Virus record (IMG/VR): IMGVR_UViG_3300029305_003192
Length of the DNA stretch: 64,000 nucleotides
Direction: 5' to 3' (one strand)
DNA from: a virus
Lineage: Duplodnaviria > Caudoviricetes
The translations under genes were made by a program, and so were the position numbers. Shown one piece after another: positions 59,338-64,000 of the stretch. The notes beneath the pieces are model-generated. The model was not told where the DNA came from. It saw only the letters and a list, made by a program, of their open reading frames with translations, and ran no database searches. The first letter of the stretch is position 1; the number at the start of each line of letters is the position of its first letter.

Positions 59338-60537
59338 TTAAAGACTGGATGTAAGGAAGTCTGGAAGTTCTTCAACTTCTTCATTTCCTACATTGTTTGC
59401 AGAACCCAGAATTTTGTCAACCTGTGGGTTCTTTGCATATGAAGCAAATGCCTTTGCATTATCAGCAATGCTGTAGCTTCTTTCCTTAATGGAATCCTCA
59501 TATGCATTGACTCTCTCGATACAACGATTGAGTCTGTCGTATGGCATACTCTGACCTGATACCAACATACCAAACTTAGCAGTTGGCTGGTCAGTGATTC
59601 CATAGTTTACAAAGATTTCGAACGGCTCACCGAGAGCATTGAAGAGTTCGGAATAGTCTGCCTTCTTAACTGGGTCGTCGATATTATCATCGACTTCGAG
59701 GCAGATGCCGAAATACTTCGAAAGCTTGTCTCTCTGTGGGTTTACTACAGATGTCTTTGCAAGACGAGTTGTAATAATCTTCTGAATACCATTATCAGAG
59801 ACCTCACTCATCTTGATACCTTCTGCAGAGAATGCTGTAATCATACCCTTACAGGAAATGATTGTGAGCATATTACGCTCATCAATCATACCATACTTTG
59901 TCATGATTGCATAATCGCCGCGAACTGTCTTAACGGCTCCTACGATATCTGCCGCTACCATGGTGTAAGATTCCTCAATATTATACTCAGTATACTTCTC
60001 GAGGTCGAATACCATGTATGGAATGTTCTTGCTCTTGTTGATAAGTTCAACTTCAGAGAAGAACTGAATAGCATTCTGCTGGCTATTGATAGACTCGGAG
60101 AGTCTTGGAAGGATACCAATCAGAATGATATTTTTACTAGGGTACTTGCTGGAAAGCTGGAATGCGATAGTTGGTGCAATACCAGAACCAGTACCGCCAG
60201 CGGTGGATGCAATCACGAAGATTACATCCTTATCGCTTACAAAGTCAACGAATTCGGGACCACTCATAAGCTTCTGAGACTGGTCCCATTCGCTATAGAG
60301 CTTCTTAGCGATTTCTCTGTTACGACCAGCACCTCTACCAAGAGATGCTGAGTCTTCGATGATGTAGCTTCTTACACCCTGAGGAACCACGGTATTGTCC
60401 AGGTCCCTTGCGGATGAGTTAATAAGAATGGTTTCTACACCATTCTTGTGAAGTTCGACGCCGGCCTGACCGCCGCCGTTACCAATACAGATTGCACCGA
60501 CTTTAAGTGCAACCTGATTAATTCTCTCCGTTGTCAT
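59338..60537 (-). CDS. Tubulin/FtsZ-family GTPase (PhuZ/TubZ-like)
   Basis: IGNGGGQ, INSSARDL, GAGRNREIA, tubulin signature AGGTGSG, T7-loop-like IDERN, acidic tail ELPDFL. Confidence 0.9.
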   Translation of the reverse strand: MTTERINQVALKVGAICIGNGGGQAGVELHKNGVETILINSSARDLDNTVVPQGVRSYIIEDSASLGRGAGRNREIAKKLYSEWDQSQKLMSGPEFVDFVSDKDVIFVIASTAGGTGSGIAPTIAFQLSSKYPSKNIILIGILPRLSESINSQQNAIQFFSEVELINKSKNIPYMVFDLEKYTEYNIEESYTMVAADIVGAVKTVRGDYAIMTKYGMIDERNMLTIISCKGMITAFSAEGIKMSEVSDNGIQKIITTRLAKTSVVNPQRDKLSKYFGICLEVDDNIDDPVKKADYSELFNALGEPFEIFVNYGITDQPTAKFGMLVSGQSMPYDRLNRCIERVNAYEDSIKERSYSIADNAKAFASYAKNPQVDKILGSANNVGNEEVEELPDFLTSSL

Positions 60538-61462
60538 TGCTTTCTTCCTCCTCAGGAATATTAGTTTCTTTTACGCTTTCGTCTTCAGCGATATCTTCAT
60601 CAAAGAGTTCATCGCCTTCAGGGCAGTATTCCTCATCATCAGATGGGCCGCAATCCTCATTTACAAATTCCTCAATATCCTCTTCATCAGAGTTATCTGT
60701 GAAGATATCATCATCTGGGTCGTCAACACCTTCGAGGAGAATATCCAATGGTTTTGATTTGATGACCTGGAAATCATATAAATAGTATTTCGTTGGATCC
60801 ATCTCTCTCTTGCATTTCTCCTCGACTTCCACCGATGGTGGGGCGATTAGGCATACTGCCTTAGAAGCATACTGGTCGCTCTTGTCGACAATATCATCAA
60901 CAGTTATTGGGCTGTTGATGAATTCCGCATGCTCGAAGAGCTTGTTAAACATCTTAAGCTTGCGAATTTCAAAGCATCTCTCGCCGCAGATGGTGAAATA
61001 GCTGGTATCAACATATTCATCGATGATGGATCGGATCACCCTTTCAAGGATGACCACTATTGAGTCATTGGTATCAAGAGCACATGCCTCATCGAACCTA
61101 TCCGCCTCCATACCAACTATTTCGAAGGTACATTTATTCTTACCTTCGGGTATGACTTTAACACCCTTCTTTACGGACATTCCAGTATAATCCCTGAGGT
61201 CCATCAGGAATGATACAGTCTCCCAGTCGTCGGTTGCCCCGTGAAGGAATACCTCTGGCCAAATACATGGTATGCTCGGTTTCGGCTGACTTTCATTCCC
61301 AATCGGGTTTGATAAAATTGGATTAGCCACAGCGCCATATGTGCTATTGAATTTAATCTGCTCCATACTGTTACGTAATGAGAGCATATCGTTCTGCTTA
61401 CGCAGATATTTAACCTTCTTACGGAGTTTCTTAAATTCCTTCTTCGATATCTTCTTAGCCAT
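60518..61462 (-). CDS. Hypothetical protein with basic N-terminus and very acidic C-terminus
   Basis: Start MAKKISKK behind GGAGG. Confidence 0.65.
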   Translation of the reverse strand: MAKKISKKEFKKLRKKVKYLRKQNDMLSLRNSMEQIKFNSTYGAVANPILSNPIGNESQPKPSIPCIWPEVFLHGATDDWETVSFLMDLRDYTGMSVKKGVKVIPEGKNKCTFEIVGMEADRFDEACALDTNDSIVVILERVIRSIIDEYVDTSYFTICGERCFEIRKLKMFNKLFEHAEFINSPITVDDIVDKSDQYASKAVCLIAPPSVEVEEKCKREMDPTKYYLYDFQVIKSKPLDILLEGVDDPDDDIFTDNSDEEDIEEFVNEDCGPSDDEEYCPEGDELFDEDIAEDESVKETNIPEEEESNDNGEN

Positions 61463-62225
61463 TGTTTTCTTCCTCCTCTTTGATTGTGAAGTCGATATTC
61501 TTAGTATCGTATATTGGGTTATACTCAAATGTCATAACCAGCTTCATGAGCTGGTATTCATAAGAGTACCCATTTTTTGGGACTTCGGCAGATTCGTAGA
61601 TCATAAAGTCGTCGTCGGTATTGATGTCCTCAAAGTCATTGACACCACGCAGTACTTCAAAGTCATCGACATCATCGACCATTGATGTTACCGATGCTGC
61701 GAGATTTACCAGGTTGATATTATCGGGCTTATAAGTATCAACGCTTTCGAGCAGTCTTCTCACCGCTGCGTCAATGACAGACGATGCGGTGTTGTATGAA
61801 AGACGGAGCTGATTTTCGTCATATTCACTTGATGTAGCGAAGTTGAATACTACACTCTTATCATCTTCACCATTTGGATTGAAGCTAAAGTATCTTGTGA
61901 CTGAATCACCGAGATGGTCGATGAGAACTGCTGTAAATGTCATGATGTAACCATATGGTGTTGTAAGCTTTGCAATCTTGCCGAGATTTACCTTATCGAA
62001 GTAGAAACGCATAGTTTCATCATCGTTAGGTCCACATGTCGTAGTTTCTACTGGTGACACGCGTACTTCTGGAACTCTGATTACGTCGTCTTCTTTCGGC
62101 TTATTACCGAACTTCTCAGCAATGACCATATCAGTCAATGTGCGCTGGTTGGTAGCCATATCAGCTACCAGTTTTTCAAGTGTTTTTACTCTCTTCTCGA
62201 GAGTCTTTTTGGTTTTCTTACCCAT
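61455..62225 (-). CDS. Hypothetical protein
   Basis: Start MGKKTKK; TATATATCAT at 62290-62299 upstream. Confidence 0.65.
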   Translation of the reverse strand: MGKKTKKTLEKRVKTLEKLVADMATNQRTLTDMVIAEKFGNKPKEDDVIRVPEVRVSPVETTTCGPNDDETMRFYFDKVNLGKIAKLTTPYGYIMTFTAVLIDHLGDSVTRYFSFNPNGEDDKSVVFNFATSSEYDENQLRLSYNTASSVIDAAVRRLLESVDTYKPDNINLVNLAASVTSMVDDVDDFEVLRGVNDFEDINTDDDFMIYESAEVPKNGYSYEYQLMKLVMTFEYNPIYDTKNIDFTIKEEEENNG

Positions 62226-62303
62226 AAGTAAAACCATCCTTTCTGTTAATATTTTCGAAAATATTGATGGCGTCATCGTCATCTAAGCAATGATATATAC
62301 TTT

Positions 62304-62338
62304 AAAACCCCATAGCCACTGTAGGGCTATGGGGTTTT
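62304..62338 (-). terminator. Terminator hairpin
   Basis: aaaaccccatagcc...ggctatggggtttt. Confidence 0.8.
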
Positions 62339-62345
62339 ATATTAG

Positions 62346-63077
62346 TTACTTAGCTTTCTTTCTTGGAGATGCAAGCAGTTTACTACCACTAATGATGTTA
62401 GTCTTCATACCTGCAGAGGTATAATACACATCAAGGGTATTGACTGCCGTCTTATCCTCAGGCAATGATTCGAGTTCACCAAGATAACATACGCCATCTG
62501 TAGCGATTCTGTTATATGCCTGGTTCTTAGCCATCTCATCATCGGCACGGAATCCGAGGAATTCCTTAAGAGTATTATTAGCACCATATGCACTGAGGGC
62601 ATATGTCTCAACATTAGAGATTCTCGCATTCTTATCCTGACCAGATACCTGACCAGTTATAGAGCTTCTCTTATTGATACTTGTGGAACCGCTGTTCTTA
62701 TGATGAACCGTCTGTGGAAGACGTTTCTCGTGTATATAACCAACCGGAACTTTATCCGGTGTAACAACTACTGGTCCGTCTTTACCATTCAGATGTGGAA
62801 TACATACCCTTTCATAAAGAGGGATACCAAAGAGGTCTGCGGCCTTCTGAATATATTCAAGTTTCGCCGGTCGTTCATATTCGTCGATCTCCCAGTAGAA
62901 GTTGTGCTCAAATGCTTCGTCGAGCCAAAGTACCCACTTATCGAATTCCTTATCGGATACCTTGTCCCACTTTTCATGATAGAATTTAGTATTAGTACCT
63001 GTAGGGTCTAATGCATTGAAGAGTTTATCCAGGTCCGCCATGAAATCGGCTCTGGCCTTATTTGAGTATGTGGGCAT
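62346..63077 (-). CDS. Split RNA polymerase beta extreme C-terminal fragment (probable virion RNAP)
   Basis: VPVGYIHEKRL..RSSITGQV..ARISNVETYALSAYGANNTLKEFLGFRADD aligns with beta [47 protein letters not shown]. Confidence 0.85.
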   Translation of the reverse strand: MPTYSNKARADFMADLDKLFNALDPTGTNTKFYHEKWDKVSDKEFDKWVLWLDEAFEHNFYWEIDEYERPAKLEYIQKAADLFGIPLYERVCIPHLNGKDGPVVVTPDKVPVGYIHEKRLPQTVHHKNSGSTSINKRSSITGQVSGQDKNARISNVETYALSAYGANNTLKEFLGFRADDEMAKNQAYNRIATDGVCYLGELESLPEDKTAVNTLDVYYTSAGMKTNIISGSKLLASPRKKAK

Positions 63078-63091
63078 AATTAATCCTCCTT

Positions 63092-64000
63092 TTATCTCTT
63101 CGTCGATACTACAAGGACGAAGTAAAGATAGATTGCCTTACGATAACGATTAAGAGTATCAGGTCTTGTAGATGACCTATATGTATTGGAACCTCTTGAA
63201 AGCCATACATGACTAAGTTCCTTAATACGAATAATATTCTTATCGTTACTATTACCCTTCTTATAAATCGAGTCGCCGGCAACGAAGAACTTGTTAGAGT
63301 TTACATCACTCTTAGTTGCCTTCGGATATTCTTCAAAGAATAACTGGAAGAGGCAGTTATAGAACTCACGAACTTCACGAGCATTATTCTCATCATGTAA
63401 TAGAGAAATACATGTACGAAGTTCATTATCTGCAACTGCACAAAGTTTCGCAACTGTTGATACTACCTGGGTATTGACGCGTTCCTGGAAGAACTGCATT
63501 GTATACTGACCAGCAAGGGTATCGACAAGTGCAATGTGACTCTCTCTATCAACAAGAAAATCACCTTCGTCATTACGTTCTATAGCTTCGAAGTAACGAT
63601 TACCTTTATCGTAGTTCTTCTGATACTCACCACGGATAGACCTCATCTTATGTGCAACACGAGTCTTGAATGCGTTGATAAGATTAATGATATCCATATC
63701 GCCACATTCCTTGAGGTTTGTCTTGTATGTAGTACAAGCTACTGCCATTGTATCGTCGAGCATGCCTTCAAGCGAGCCACACTTCTTGAGGTCAAATTTG
63801 TTAGTCATATTATTGACTGTGAACTTCATACAGTCCATATTGATATTGGATTCTGAGATGAAGAATGTCGTATATACACTGAAATAGAACGAGTATGCAT
63901 AGTATAGATAAACTGCTCTGAACTTCTCGGGCTGGTCCATATAATGCGACATAGCCATGATAAGGGCAACTCTGATAGGAATGATATTAGCAGCATCACC
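63092..64000 (-). CDS. Hypothetical protein, 5'-truncated by the window
   Basis: Frame stays open from 63958 to 64000 (GDAANIIPIRVALI). Confidence 0.65.
   Translation of the reverse strand, partial: GDAANIIPIRVALIMAMSHYMDQPEKFRAVYLYYAYSFYFSVYTTFFISESNINMDCMKFTVNNMTNKFDLKKCGSLEGMLDDTMAVACTTYKTNLKECGDMDIINLINAFKTRVAHKMRSIRGEYQKNYDKGNRYFEAIERNDEGDFLVDRESHIALVDTLAGQYTMQFFQERVNTQVVSTVAKLCAVADNELRTCISLLHDENNAREVREFYNCLFQLFFEEYPKATKSDVNSNKFFVAGDSIYKKGNSNDKNIIRIKELSHVWLSRGSNTYRSSTRPDTLNRYRKAIYLYFVLVVSTKR

Noticed and set aside
58253-62225. Chimallin (phage nucleus shell) near the tubulin gene
   Set aside because: No ORF of suitable size (~600 aa) or recognisable similarity here; nucleus formation cannot be claimed from this window
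1-64000. Alternative genetic code (TAG or TGA reassignment)
   Set aside because: Long conserved genes are uninterrupted under code 11 and coding density is high; TAG is simply rare as a stop (used at 43379)
1-64000. CRISPR array, tRNA or rRNA genes
   Set aside because: No regularly spaced direct repeats or cloverleaf motifs were seen; GC-rich elements such as 23389-23420 fit terminator hairpins

Overview
A 64-kb segment of a large AR9/PBS1/phiKZ-like jumbo myophage genome. The host is probably a Firmicute, inferred from strong GGAGG Shine-Dalgarno sites and a SpoIIID-like gene. The first 13.6 kb (+ strand) hold a 5'-truncated giant tape-measure protein with two C39-like peptidase domains, a baseplate/tube-initiator-like protein, a RusA-like resolvase and the portal. 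Almost everything else is on the - strand: tail tube and sheath, five pieces of two split multisubunit RNA polymerases, SbcC/Rad50, an SF2 helicase, an NAD-dependent ligase, RecA/UvsX, a tubulin/FtsZ (PhuZ/TubZ-like) protein, two DHH phosphoesterases and many hypotheticals in tandem paralog arrays. Main observations: (1) a 1142-aa late-expressed multi-enzyme protein whose six modules are separated by A-x-E-S/A motifs matching jumbo-phage prohead-protease sites, i.e. a candidate virion-packaged polyprotein; (2) seven small ORFs sharing an Arg-rich MR(P/H)xRR..G leader on otherwise dissimilar bodies, including an unannotated 35-aa leader-only peptide; (3) two promoter classes readable from the DNA, AR9-type AACA-N6-TA before structural genes and TATATATCAT (sometimes with an upstream CTTT box) before non-structural genes. 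All family assignments come from motif recognition by eye; no database searches were run.
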